In this document: positions 10,458 through 21,997 of the stretch, one piece after another
Numbering within the stretch: position 1 is the first letter of the stretch
How the letters are laid out: each line of letters begins with the position of its first letter
Source: Synechococcales cyanobacterium VAR_4_metabat_354
GTDB lineage: Bacteria; Cyanobacteriota; Cyanobacteriia; Cyanobacteriales; Chamaesiphonaceae
NCBI GenBank assembly: GCA_031414775.1
Contig: JANOQI010000023.1
Span: 1-63,296 of the forward strand
Length of the DNA: 63,296 nucleotides
Reading direction: 5' to 3'
Position numbers and translations under genes: made by a program
Notes under the pieces: model-generated
What the model was told of the DNA's origin: nothing
Databases searched by the model: none
Seen by the model: the letters and a program-made list of their open reading frames with translations, nothing else

Positions 10458-10799
10458 ATGAAACTGCAAATAACTGGTTTAGTAATGGGGACGATCGCCT
10501 TGACTATTGGTTTGGCTGGTCAAGCTAAAGCCGATAGCTACGACAGCGAATTCAAAAAAGCTTTTTCTGCTAACTCTGGCGACATCTATGATAACGGTAG
10601 TATTTTCAAGCAATTTAATACCTTGGTTGGTCTATCTTTTTCCGATCTGGAATATCGCAAAGACGCTCAAGCACTTAACGCTGTTTATAGCGAAGGCATG
10701 AGTCGGCAAGTTGGCGTACCGATTGTTACTCAAGATTTGGCTGACCCTTTTAATACTTCCATTCAAGCTAACCCCGGCTTAACTGGCATTAATCGTTAG
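10458..10799 (+). CDS. Hypothetical secreted protein
   Basis: GAGGAA RBS; signal peptide ending AKA; 113 aa. Confidence 0.7.
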   Translation: MKLQITGLVMGTIALTIGLAGQAKADSYDSEFKKAFSANSGDIYDNGSIFKQFNTLVGLSFSDLEYRKDAQALNAVYSEGMSRQVGVPIVTQDLADPFNTSIQANPGLTGINR

Positions 10800-10817
10800 T
10801 AAGTGTAACGTTTCTAT

Positions 10818-10849
10818 AAAAACCTCATCTTGATTAAGATGAGGTTTTT
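10818..10849. terminator. Bidirectional intrinsic terminator
   Basis: Perfect 14-bp stem aaaaacctcatctt-gatt-aagatgaggttttt between convergent genes. Confidence 0.85.
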
Positions 10850-10868
10850 TGATCAGTTTCCCGATGTT

Positions 10869-11108
10869 TTAAATAATACCTTGACTAGTTAAGCCCAGAA
10901 TTGCTCCTGCCCCTAGAACATGACCAAAACAAGTGCCACCAATAATTTGTGCCACACTAATACCACCAATTTGGGGGCCAACTTTGCGCTTGGAACCTGT
11001 GATGGCAGCCAATACACCTAAGACATTAGCAACGACCATGACGATTGCGATGGTCGGAGACCAAGCTTGGCTCAGGGGTGCAACAGCTACCAGAATATTA
11101 CTAAACAT
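10869..11108 (-). CDS. psaK: Photosystem I subunit PsaK (divergent, short-loop paralogue)
   Basis: WSPTIAIVMVVAN...FGHVLGAGAILGL, the two-helix PsaK signature. Confidence 0.85.
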   Translation of the reverse strand: MFSNILVAVAPLSQAWSPTIAIVMVVANVLGVLAAITGSKRKVGPQIGGISVAQIIGGTCFGHVLGAGAILGLTSQGII

Positions 11109-11159
11109 GATTTATTTTCCTTACAGATAAACTACAAAACAGCTAGGTTAAAAAACCAG

Positions 11160-11426
11160 CTAAATAACACCAGCATTGGTTAAACCCAATATTAAACCGA
11201 CTCCTAAAATGTGGCCAAAACTCAAAGTTGCCAGTAATTCTGGCAAGTTAAAGTTCCGGAATAAATCGGGTTTCCCCATAGGTAAGTCGGGACCGCCACC
11301 AGGATGCTGGATTGCAAACCGGCCAATGGCCACTGCAAACAAATTGCAGAGTACCATGACTAGTGCGGTACCAAAACTCCAGGGTTCGGTGTGGGGAATC
11401 GCTGCAATAATTAGATGATGCAACAA
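11160..11426 (-). CDS. psaK: Photosystem I subunit PsaK (PsaK2-like)
   Basis: WS..ALVMVLCNLFAVAIGRFAIQ..GPDLP..FNLPELLATLSFGHILGVGLILGL; TTG start. Confidence 0.92.
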   Translation of the reverse strand: MLHHLIIAAIPHTEPWSFGTALVMVLCNLFAVAIGRFAIQHPGGGPDLPMGKPDLFRNFNLPELLATLSFGHILGVGLILGLTNAGVI

Positions 11427-11517
11427 ATTTCAGCTCCCAATAATAATTACAGAAGAATTATTCAGCAATATTTGGGTCTCAGCTACATTTCGTCTCAAGA
11501 TTTAACACAAACCAATA

Positions 11518-13326
11518 TTATTTGGGAGTCGCTGCGGTGCTGTTGCTGAGAAACTTGAGAACATTGGGAGCTTCGATCGCTGGTGCACACAGTGATCCTT
11601 GGCCAAAGCGGCAGCCCAAAGCTTGTAATTGGCTGAGTTGAGATTGATGATCAATACCAGTGACTATGACGCTGGTATCCAATGTTTGAGCCATTTGAAC
11701 GATCGCGGTGATGATGCTGGCGCTCCGAGGATGGAGAGTGGCTGATTGCAGAAAAGTCCGATCGATCTTGATGTTATCCACCACAATTTGATGTAAATTC
11801 TGCAAAGAAGAAGATTCTGAGCCAAAATTGTCAATGTTAACCTGTAACTTGTGAGCACGCAGGTGGTTAATCATATCGGCAGCCGCCGGATTTTGAGAGA
11901 TGGCATCTTCGGTAATGTCTAAACCCAATTGTTGGGGACTGATGGCGAAGTGAGTTATTAACTGCTCAATCTCTTTCAGCAAATGGGGGTAAGCAAACTG
12001 TTTTACCGATAGGGGCACCTGAATCGTAATATTTTTCAACCCAGCTTTCTCTAAAGTTTGTAATTGCTGACAAGCCTGACGGAGCACTGTCATCCCTAAT
12101 TGAATACTCAAGCCTGTTTCTTCCATATAAGGTAAAAATTCGGCGCTGGGGAGTTGGCCGCGCTGCGGGTGGTGCCAAGTAACCTGGGCTTCTAAGCTAT
12201 GAATACGGCCAGTATTAAGGTCGATAATTGGTTGGTAGGAAACAACCATCTCTCTTTTAGCTAAGGCATAGTACAAGTCTTGTTGAATTTGCAACCGCTC
12301 TTGTACATCTTCTTGCATTTGGATATCAAAAGAATGGTACCGCCCTGGACCGATGGCCTTGGCTCGCTGCATGGCTGTATTCGCATCTTGAATAATCTGT
12401 TCGGCCTGTTGATAGCGGGGGTGGTCGAGAGCTAAGCCTAAACTAGCGGTGAGAAATATGTTGCGATCGGCAATTCTAAAAGGTTCCTGAAATGTCATTA
12501 AAACTTCACTAGCTAGCTCTTTAATTTCTACTAAGCTAGAAATATTTTTGCGAACAAAGCAAAATTCGTCTGCACCCAGGCGAGCCAGAAAATCGGCAGG
12601 TTTCAATATTTTTTTAAACCGATCGGCAATTCCCACCAACAGCTGATTACCAATCTCATAGCCCCAAGAACTATTGATCAGCCGAAAATCATCACAGTCC
12701 AGATAAAATACTGCTGATTGAGCCGCGCTAGCTCGCCCCTGAATTATTTTTTGCAATTGGCGAATGAGCGCTGCCCGACTAGATAGATGAGTCAGGGGAT
12801 CTTGGTAGATCATTTGTTGCAACTGAGCAGTACGTTCTTGAACCTCCTCATCCAGCATTTTGTTGAAATTTTCGAGATGTTCATTACCAGCTTGCACCCG
12901 CTCACACAAACTTTGAATATTTTGATATTGCTGGCTAATATGCACCATCGATCTAACCCGGGCGCGTAATTCCAGTCCATTGACCGGCTTACTAATAAAA
13001 TCATTGGCTCCAGCTTGCATACATTTGGCCAAGTCATCTTTGCCATTGAGGGCAGTGACCATAATGATCGGAATATTTTGCCATTGAGCATTTTGCTTAA
13101 TGTACTGACAGACTTCGATCCCATTCACGTTGGGCATCATGACATCTAGCAAAATTACATCGGGCAACATGGTATTTAGTCGATCAAGACCTTGTTGACC
13201 GCTAGCCGCATAGCTCAGCTGGTAATTATCCTTGTGTAACAGCGCTTCAATCACATCGAAGTTGTCTGGTTCATCATCAATTACCAATATTTTGGCCTGT
13301 TCTGCCAATTCAAGAAGTGCGCTCAT
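11518..13326 (-). CDS. Response regulator REC-GGDEF-EAL protein with degenerate catalytic motifs
   Basis: REC (IDDE, LDVMMP, FISKP), DPLT linker, RLGADEF, EAL motif reads EAQ, DDFGTGYSS reads DNFGSESSS. Confidence 0.88.
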   Translation of the reverse strand: MSALLELAEQAKILVIDDEPDNFDVIEALLHKDNYQLSYAASGQQGLDRLNTMLPDVILLDVMMPNVNGIEVCQYIKQNAQWQNIPIIMVTALNGKDDLAKCMQAGANDFISKPVNGLELRARVRSMVHISQQYQNIQSLCERVQAGNEHLENFNKMLDEEVQERTAQLQQMIYQDPLTHLSSRAALIRQLQKIIQGRASAAQSAVFYLDCDDFRLINSSWGYEIGNQLLVGIADRFKKILKPADFLARLGADEFCFVRKNISSLVEIKELASEVLMTFQEPFRIADRNIFLTASLGLALDHPRYQQAEQIIQDANTAMQRAKAIGPGRYHSFDIQMQEDVQERLQIQQDLYYALAKREMVVSYQPIIDLNTGRIHSLEAQVTWHHPQRGQLPSAEFLPYMEETGLSIQLGMTVLRQACQQLQTLEKAGLKNITIQVPLSVKQFAYPHLLKEIEQLITHFAISPQQLGLDITEDAISQNPAAADMINHLRAHKLQVNIDNFGSESSSLQNLHQIVVDNIKIDRTFLQSATLHPRSASIITAIVQMAQTLDTSVIVTGIDHQSQLSQLQALGCRFGQGSLCAPAIEAPNVLKFLSNSTAATPK

Positions 13327-13403
13327 GTTTGTTACTTGTCGTAAAAGTGGTAGATATCTATCTGGAATAGTTGGGTGGAAATATTGACTGCCGCGCCGAC
13401 GGC

Positions 13404-13973
13404 TTATGTAGGGCAAGGCAAAGGTGATTCCCGAACTATCGATCGTTCTGGCCTGGCTTCTGGGAGACGGTGAATTGGCAATGTTTGGTGGGATAGATCA
13501 GGTAGCTGCGATTGGTTGACCAAATGTGTGTGACTGGTTTGTGCCTGCTGGCAGAGATTCTGGATAGTTTGATACTGCTGGCTCATTTTGACCATCACTC
13601 GTACTCGGGTACGTAGTTCTAAGCCGGTCAAGGGCTTACTAATTAAATCATCGGCATCACTGCTCAGGCATTTAGCTAGGTCTTTTTTGTTGTGGAGAGC
13701 TGTAACTATCAAGACCGGAATATTTTGCCACTGAACATTTTGCTTAATCCAGCGACAGACTTCGATCCCATCCATGTTAGGCATCATGATATCTAACAAA
13801 ATTACATCGGGCTGCATGGTCATAATTTGGGCCAACCCTTGTTGGCCACTAGCCGCGTAGTAAAGTTGATAGTTCTCTTGGTGTAAAAGAGCTTCAATAA
13901 CTTCAAAATTGGCTAGCTCATCATCGATTACCAATATTTTGGGCTGTTTATTCAATTTATTTCGTAAATCCAT
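13404..13973 (-). CDS. Single-receiver response regulator, paralogue of the downstream REC domain
   Basis: KILVIDDE..NFEVIEALLH..NYQL.YAASGQQGL..PDVILLDIMMPN closely parallels the neighbour; no output domain. Confidence 0.8.
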   Translation of the reverse strand: MDLRNKLNKQPKILVIDDELANFEVIEALLHQENYQLYYAASGQQGLAQIMTMQPDVILLDIMMPNMDGIEVCRWIKQNVQWQNIPVLIVTALHNKKDLAKCLSSDADDLISKPLTGLELRTRVRVMVKMSQQYQTIQNLCQQAQTSHTHLVNQSQLPDLSHQTLPIHRLPEARPERSIVRESPLPCPT

Positions 13974-14207
13974 GCTGGCCACCAATAAGGAAGATTGTAG
14001 GAAAAGTTTCAACCAAGTGTTGGAGTTGAGGGTTGCCTACTCACATCCATAATTCCCATAAAATCATGAGATGTTTACATCTGAAGAGTCTTAAGCCTTA
14101 AATGTATAATAAACCAGTTAAGAAATATTTTAATGATGCTGATTCTGGCATAGGTTTGAACGGTAATTGCAATATAGTCTACAAAAACTTGAAGTTAGCT
14201 GAGATGA

Positions 14208-15809
<1,602 letters not shown>

Positions 15810-15885
15810 TTGCGAGGGCGGTTAGGGTTGAAATAATCTTAACTGCCTTGCTCTGACTATTTATTTAAACTAGCTAACTACTAAT

Positions 15886-16281
15886 ATGTCTTTAACTGTA
15901 CGTGTAATTGCCCCGGACAAAACCGTGTGGGACGCAATCGCTGATGAGGTGATCTTGCCTAGCACTACGGGGCAAGTCGGAATTTTGACTGGTCATGCTC
16001 CTTTAATTACTGCTCTAGATACCGCCGTAATGCAGGTGCGATCGGGTAAAGATAAATGGGTGAAAATAGCGCTGATGGGTGGTTTTGCTGAAGTTGACAA
16101 CAATGAAGTAACCGTATTGGTTAACGCTGCGGAGTTGGGTTCTAATATTGATGTGGCGGCAGCTAAAACCGCTCTGAGCACAGCTGAGCAAGAGGCTGCT
16201 AAAGCCACTACTAAGCAAGAGCAGTTGAAAACTAGTCAGTCTGTTAGGAAAGCTCGCGCTAGACTGCAAGCCGCTAGTTAA
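15886..16281 (+). CDS. atpC: ATP synthase F1 subunit epsilon
   Basis: MSLTVRVIAPDKTVWD..LPSTTGQVGILTGHAPL; follows the beta gene. Confidence 0.96.
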   Translation: MSLTVRVIAPDKTVWDAIADEVILPSTTGQVGILTGHAPLITALDTAVMQVRSGKDKWVKIALMGGFAEVDNNEVTVLVNAAELGSNIDVAAAKTALSTAEQEAAKATTKQEQLKTSQSVRKARARLQAAS

Positions 16282-16339
16282 GCATTGATCGGAATTTGAG
16301 GGTGGGTATTGTCCACCATTTAAACTTCAGAAAATGGCG

Positions 16340-16370
16340 ATCGGTAGCTACTTAAGTGGCTACCGATTTT
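16340..16370 (+). terminator. Intrinsic terminator of atpD-atpC
   Basis: atcggtagctac-ttaa-gtggctaccgat followed by ttt. Confidence 0.7.
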
Positions 16371-16458
16371 GTTGTAATACACCGCTTTCTCGATATCCAT
16401 AGCCTCTAGGATGGATTCTGTTGATAGAATGAGAGCCGATAACATTACTTAGACCTCA

Positions 16459-16947
16459 ATGGCTGGTATTTACACCCTCATCGAACTACGGCAAGAGATC
16501 GATCGACATCCCGAAATCTGGCGACCCTTAGTATTTACCAACGGCTGCTTCGATCTGCTCCATCCCGGCCATGTCCGCTACCTCCAAGCTGCTCAAAAAC
16601 TCGGTAAACGATTAGTAGTAGGGTTGAATAGCGATGACTCTGTGCGCCAGATCAAACCGAATAAGCCCGACCAGCCCAGCCGTCCCATTATTCCGTCAGA
16701 TCAACGCGCCGAAGTATTAGCCGCATTGCGATCGATCGATGCCGTGGTGATTTTCTCTGAAACAACCGCCATTAATACGCTCCAATCACTGCAGCCTGAC
16801 CTATATGTTAAAGGTGGCGACTATGCGATCGAATCCCTTCCCGAAGCACCAACCGTTTTAGGCTATGGCGGCCAGATTAAATTGATTCAGGTCGAGATTC
16901 CCACTTCTACGAGTGCAATTATCCAACGAATTTTGAGTAGAGAATAG
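16459..16947 (+). CDS. rfaE2: D-glycero-beta-D-manno-heptose 1-phosphate adenylyltransferase (RfaE domain II-like)
   Basis: VFTNGCFDLLHPGHVRYL, VGLNSDDSVR, YVKGGDY, STSAII. Confidence 0.88.
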   Translation: MAGIYTLIELRQEIDRHPEIWRPLVFTNGCFDLLHPGHVRYLQAAQKLGKRLVVGLNSDDSVRQIKPNKPDQPSRPIIPSDQRAEVLAALRSIDAVVIFSETTAINTLQSLQPDLYVKGGDYAIESLPEAPTVLGYGGQIKLIQVEIPTSTSAIIQRILSRE

Positions 16948-16959
16948 GTTGGCCCATGC

Positions 16960-17079
16960 ATGGATTTTGATACTTTGACTCAAGACACTTGGCAAGAATG
17001 GTTAATGGTCGGTGGCTACCTGGCCTTTTTGCTGATTGCCATTTGGGGCGTATTGATCAAGAAATCAGTCGATCAATAA
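16960..17079 (+). CDS. Small single-pass membrane protein (39 aa), not in the ORF track
   Basis: MDFDTLTQDTWQEWLMVGGYLAFLLIAIWGVLIKKSVDQ*: hydrophobic stretch followed by KK; co-oriented in the rfaE2-lysS gap. Confidence 0.55.
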   Translation: MDFDTLTQDTWQEWLMVGGYLAFLLIAIWGVLIKKSVDQ

Positions 17080-17191
17080 AAACTTCAACCTCCTCCCCTG
17101 TAGTAGAATGAGTCCTTGCTCGTGTCTGCCATTTCCAGCAAAGTTGGGAAGACAAGCCAGCAAACTAGATAAACATTTACCTGCTACCACC

Positions 17192-18769
17192 ATGTTTTGG
17201 GCTGACAAGATTGCCGCTGATGCGCAAGGCGCACAAATAGTTAACGATTCCAAAACCCCTTCAGGCCGCGTCCACGTTGGTTCTCTGCGCGGTGTTGTCA
17301 TTCACGATGTCATCTATCGGGCACTGAAACAGGCCGGTAAGCCAGTTAAATTCATGTACGGTGTCGATGATTATGATGCGCTAGATACCGTTCCGCACTA
17401 TCTCGACCAAGAAAAATTCTCTCCTTATCTGGGCGAACCGCTCTGCAATGTTCCGTCACCGGGCGAGGGTGCTAGCGACTATGCCAAATTCTTCATGGCC
17501 GAGTTTTTGGAAGTCTTCGATTACCTGGGTGTGCAGCCAGAAATCTATTACTTGCGGGACTTGTATCGGACTGGCCAGCTCAATGGGCATATCGATCTGT
17601 TTCTGAAGAACGCCCATCTGGTGCGCGAAGCTTATTTGCAAGTGAGTAAAGCCCAACGAGCGGATAATTGGTATCCGTTCCAGGTAATCTGTGAGAAATG
17701 CCGCAAGATTGCGACAACGGTGGTGACGGACTACAACGGCAAAGAAGTTTTTTACACTTGTCAACCAAATGCTACTGATTGGGTGAAAGGTTGTGGCCAC
17801 TCCGGTTGGATTTCGCCGTTTGATGGTAATGGTAAGCTGCCCTGGAAGGTGGAATGGGTAGCCAAATGGGCGGTTGTAGGAGTAACGATCGAGATGGCCG
17901 GGAAGGATCACTCCCAGAAGGGTGGTTCGCGCGATGTGGCTAACGCCATCTGTCGCAAGGTTTTGAATACGCCGCCGCCGACCCATTCGCCCTATGAGTT
18001 TATTTTGGTCAATGGTACCAAGATGAGTTCTTCTAAGGGCGTGGGTGCTAGCGCTCAGGAAGTAGCGGCGCTATTGCCGCCAGAGATGTTGCGCTTTTTG
18101 ATGTTGCGCCCGCAGCCGAAATCAGTGATTAATTTTTCGCCTAATTATGAAACGACGATTCGCCTGTTTCGGGACTATGACGGCTTAGTTAGTAAGTATC
18201 GAAAAGAGCCGGAACTGAATGAGAACCTGATGCCGTTGCTGTATTCCCAGCCGGATGGAGAGATCAAGCCTTTCCAGCCTTTTGATTTCAGTATGTTGGT
18301 GTCGTTGTTACAAATGCCTCATTTAGATATTCATCAAGAGATTACTAATCGTAGTCCGGCGGATTTTGGGAAGTTTGATATCCAGATGGCGGAGCGGCGG
18401 ATTGCGGTAGCACAGAAGTGGCTGGATGACTATGCCGATCCAGAAGAGAAGTTAGAGCTATATGTAGACTCGGTGCCGGAGGCGGCGGGGACGCTGGCGG
18501 AGAATCAGGTGCTGTATCTGGAGCAGGTGATTGGGGCGTTGGAGGCGTTATCTGCTTGGGATGGAGAAACTTTGCAGACAGCTTTGTTTGCAGTGAGTAA
18601 AGATGAATCGTTGGGGATTACACAGCCGATCGCGTTCCAAGCGATTTATCGGTGTTTTATGGGGAAGGATCGGGGTCCGAAGGCGGGGGCTTTGTTGTCG
18701 TTTTTGGATAAGTCGATGGTGATTGAGCGGTTGCGGGCAGCGATTGTTTTGAATAGGTCGGCGGCTTAG
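17192..18769 (+). CDS. lysS: Lysine--tRNA ligase, class I (LysRS1)
   Basis: MFWADKIA, TPSGRVHVGSLRG (HIGH-like), DDYDALD, Zn motifs CEKC and C...CGH, GKLPWKVEW, EMAGKDH, KMSSSKG, C-terminal GPKAG anticodon domain. Confidence 0.93.
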   Translation: MFWADKIAADAQGAQIVNDSKTPSGRVHVGSLRGVVIHDVIYRALKQAGKPVKFMYGVDDYDALDTVPHYLDQEKFSPYLGEPLCNVPSPGEGASDYAKFFMAEFLEVFDYLGVQPEIYYLRDLYRTGQLNGHIDLFLKNAHLVREAYLQVSKAQRADNWYPFQVICEKCRKIATTVVTDYNGKEVFYTCQPNATDWVKGCGHSGWISPFDGNGKLPWKVEWVAKWAVVGVTIEMAGKDHSQKGGSRDVANAICRKVLNTPPPTHSPYEFILVNGTKMSSSKGVGASAQEVAALLPPEMLRFLMLRPQPKSVINFSPNYETTIRLFRDYDGLVSKYRKEPELNENLMPLLYSQPDGEIKPFQPFDFSMLVSLLQMPHLDIHQEITNRSPADFGKFDIQMAERRIAVAQKWLDDYADPEEKLELYVDSVPEAAGTLAENQVLYLEQVIGALEALSAWDGETLQTALFAVSKDESLGITQPIAFQAIYRCFMGKDRGPKAGALLSFLDKSMVIERLRAAIVLNRSAA

Positions 18770-18809
18770 ATACATTGCCTTAACTCGAACTAACGCTTTA
18801 TCCAAATTT

Positions 18810-20132
18810 ATGTTTAACCAACCCCAGATCATTGTTCTAGACGACGACCCTACTGGCTCTCAGACAGTCCATAGTTGCCTGCTTCTGACCCAGTGGGATG
18901 TCCCAACGCTTGTACAGGGATTGCAAGATCAAAGCAATATTTTTTTTATTCTTACCAACACTCGTGCTTTGACTCCAACCGCAGCAGCCGATCGAACCAA
19001 AGAAGTCTGTCAAAATCTGAAAGTTGCTCTGCAAACAACAGGTGTCGAGAATTTTCTGGTGGTCAGTAGGTCAGACTCAACTTTGCGTGGCCACTATCCG
19101 ATCGAGACCGATGTGATCGCCTCTGAACTGGGGGAGTTTGATGCCCATTTCTTGATGCCTGCTTTCTTTGAAGGCGGTAGATTTACCAAAGACAGCATTC
19201 ATTACTTAGTCGTCAACGGTGTACCAACCCCCGTTCACGAAACTGAGTTTGCGCGGGATTCGGTGTTTGCTTACAGTTATAGTTATTTGCCAGACTACGT
19301 TGCCGAGAAAACTCAAGGCCGCATCTCAGCTGATCAAGTGGAAAGATTTCTGCTGCAAGATCTGCGCGCTGGTAGTTTGGATCGATTGCTGCAACTAACT
19401 CACAACCATTGCTGCGTTGTTGATGGTGAAAACCAAGCCGACTTCGATCGCTTTGCTGTCGATCTTTTGAAAGCCGCCCAACAGGGTAAAAAATTCCTCT
19501 TCCGCAGTGCTGCTAGTATCCTGACTTCGCTAGCTAACTTAGGAGCACAGCCAGTGGCTGCTGAAGCCATGAGCCAAATGGTGCGCGGTCAAAAGCCCGG
19601 TGTAGTGATTGTCGGTTCCCATGTTCAAAAAACTACGGCTCAACTGCAAGAGCTATTAAAAGCTCCTGGAACGGTAGGCATCGAATTAGAGGTTGGTCGC
19701 TTGCTGACCGGTACCACACCAGCCCAATTAGTTGAAGAGTCGATAGGTCATCTCACCCAAATATTCCAAGCTGGCAACACCGCCGTAGTTTATACTAGTC
19801 GTCAAGAATTGCAATTTTCAGATGCAGCTACCCGGCTCCAATTTGGTATTACTGTCTCCGCAACTTTGATGTCGATTGTCCAGCAACTGCCCACCGATAT
19901 TGGATTCTTAATTAGCAAAGGTGGCATCACCTCCAACGATGTTTTAAGTCATGGCCTGAAACTGCCTACTGTCAGATTACTTGGCCAAATTCATCCGGGC
20001 TGTTCCGTTGTTCAAACCGCTGCCGATCATCCGCGTTTTCCGCTATTGCCAGTGGTATTATTTCCGGGTAATGTCGGAGACGATCGAGCCTTGGCCACTG
20101 TCTACCAGCGCTTACAAAATCAATTAAGTTGA
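18810..20132 (+). CDS. Four-carbon acid sugar kinase family protein (DUF1537)
   Basis: IVLDDDPTGSQTV, SRSDSTLRGH, VGSHVQKTT, SKGGITS, FPGNVGD. Confidence 0.9.
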   Translation: MFNQPQIIVLDDDPTGSQTVHSCLLLTQWDVPTLVQGLQDQSNIFFILTNTRALTPTAAADRTKEVCQNLKVALQTTGVENFLVVSRSDSTLRGHYPIETDVIASELGEFDAHFLMPAFFEGGRFTKDSIHYLVVNGVPTPVHETEFARDSVFAYSYSYLPDYVAEKTQGRISADQVERFLLQDLRAGSLDRLLQLTHNHCCVVDGENQADFDRFAVDLLKAAQQGKKFLFRSAASILTSLANLGAQPVAAEAMSQMVRGQKPGVVIVGSHVQKTTAQLQELLKAPGTVGIELEVGRLLTGTTPAQLVEESIGHLTQIFQAGNTAVVYTSRQELQFSDAATRLQFGITVSATLMSIVQQLPTDIGFLISKGGITSNDVLSHGLKLPTVRLLGQIHPGCSVVQTAADHPRFPLLPVVLFPGNVGDDRALATVYQRLQNQLS

Positions 20133-20214
20133 CACTCCAAAGATATATAAGACCTAAGATAGTACGATAGTAAACTTGACTTCATCCACAGTGTCCACTT
20201 CCTCTCTAACTGCC

Positions 20215-21003
20215 ATGACTACTGATCTCTCTGCCACTGACAAACAGCCGACTAATTCTATTGCCGATGCTGCCCGAGAACAGCTGGGTTGGCATATCTA
20301 TTTGCGTAGTGAAGGAGGTGGTATCAAACTAGTACTACCTACTATGGCTGAAACTCCAGCCGGGACTAGCTGGGTGGAAATTTGGGAACAGCTTCAGCAA
20401 AGGCTCAAAGGAGCCAAAAGATTTTGGCAGCCCCTCACTCCAGTGCAACTCTATGCTCAAGATCGGTTGCTAGACGCGCGCCAGCTGCAAATAATTGCTG
20501 ATGCCCTGGGAGCAGTCCAGTTGCGACTGCAAAATATTCATACTAGTCGGCGGCAAACAGCCGTAGCCGCTGCCACCGCTGGTTATTCAGTACAGCAGCA
20601 GGAACCAGAGCAACTAACCGCCACCAAGCCGCCGCTGGCCGAACCACTTTACCTACAAATGACGATCCGCTCTGGGGTGGAAATTCGCCACCCAGGAACA
20701 GTGGTAATTATGGGCGATGTCAATCCGGGCGGTGAAGTAATTGCCGCTGGTGACATCATTATTTGGGGCCGACTACGGGGCATCGCCCATGCTGGCTCTC
20801 AAGGCAATAGTAATTGTCTGATCATGGCGCTCCAGATGCATCCTACTCAGCTGCGGATTTCTGGTTATGTGGCCAGATCGCCAGAACAACAGCCGCTGCA
20901 ACCCGAACCAGAAGTTGCCTATGTAATGAGCGATGGGATTCGGATCACTCGTTCGATCGATCTTAAAGGAATTCCAGCATTGATGGATAGGAACGAAAAT
21001 TAG
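20215..21003 (+). CDS. minC: Septum site-determining protein MinC
   Basis: TIRSGVEIRHPGTVVIMGDVNPGGEVIAAGDIIIWGRLRGIAHAG; start may be the TTG at 20176. Confidence 0.93.
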   Translation: MTTDLSATDKQPTNSIADAAREQLGWHIYLRSEGGGIKLVLPTMAETPAGTSWVEIWEQLQQRLKGAKRFWQPLTPVQLYAQDRLLDARQLQIIADALGAVQLRLQNIHTSRRQTAVAAATAGYSVQQQEPEQLTATKPPLAEPLYLQMTIRSGVEIRHPGTVVIMGDVNPGGEVIAAGDIIIWGRLRGIAHAGSQGNSNCLIMALQMHPTQLRISGYVARSPEQQPLQPEPEVAYVMSDGIRITRSIDLKGIPALMDRNEN

Positions 21004-21159
21004 CAATACCAAAGTTGTGATAAGAAATAATCCTTGCTTTTGGCGACCAATGACACCTACAATTAAATCCTAGTAATTTTATCTGTGGCCTTGTCCATCA
21101 GTATTTCCATTAAATAATTCAGACTGATTCAAACTTTTCTTGCATTTCCTATAATCACT

Positions 21160-21960
21160 ATGGCTAGAGTTATCGTAATTACTTCTGGTAAAGGGGGTGT
21201 AGGTAAAACCACACTTACTGCCAACTTGGGCATGACCTTGGCCAAATTAGGGAAAAAGGTGGCACTGGTAGATGCTGATTTTGGATTAAGAAACTTAGAT
21301 TTGCTTCTAGGGTTAGAAAATCGTGTTGTTTACACAGCCGTAGAAGTTTTGGCCGGTGAATGTCGGTTGGATCAAGCCCTAGTTCGAGATAAGCGTCAAC
21401 CAGGGCTAGTTCTTCTACCAGCAACCCAAAACCGCAAGGCCGAAATGATTACCCCCAACCACATGAAGTGGATGGTTGGCGAGTTGTCAAATCAGTTCGA
21501 CTTTGTTTTAGTAGACAGTCCAGCTGGCATCGAAATGGGCTTTAAAAATGCGATTGCAGCTGCTCACGAAGCTTTGGTGGTTACTACCCCAGAAATTTCG
21601 GCGGTGCGCGATGCTGATCGGGTCATTGGTTTACTGGAAGTCAATAATATTAGACCAGTACATTTGATCGTGAATCGCTTGCGTCCGGCTATGGTAAGTG
21701 CCAATGACATGATGTCGGTGGAGGATGTGAGAGAGATCTTAGCGCTACCACTGATCGGCATTGTGCCGGAGGAGGAGCGGGTTATTACTTCTACCAACCG
21801 AGGAGAACCACTGGTTTTGGATGCTATTGAGACCCCTGCTTCCCAAGCACTTCACCACATTGCCCGTCGAATTCTAGGGGAGAAGGTTGATTTCCCAGTT
21901 TTAGAAAAAGATAAGGATGACTTTTTCGCCCGACTACGAAAATTAATGTCCTTCAAGTAA
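21160..21960 (+). CDS. minD: Septum site-determining protein MinD
   Basis: [27 protein letters not shown]-terminal amphipathic helix. Confidence 0.97.
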   Translation: MARVIVITSGKGGVGKTTLTANLGMTLAKLGKKVALVDADFGLRNLDLLLGLENRVVYTAVEVLAGECRLDQALVRDKRQPGLVLLPATQNRKAEMITPNHMKWMVGELSNQFDFVLVDSPAGIEMGFKNAIAAAHEALVVTTPEISAVRDADRVIGLLEVNNIRPVHLIVNRLRPAMVSANDMMSVEDVREILALPLIGIVPEEERVITSTNRGEPLVLDAIETPASQALHHIARRILGEKVDFPVLEKDKDDFFARLRKLMSFK

Positions 21961-21997
21961 GCCCACCAGCATTGTCTATCCAACTCTATCTACCAAC

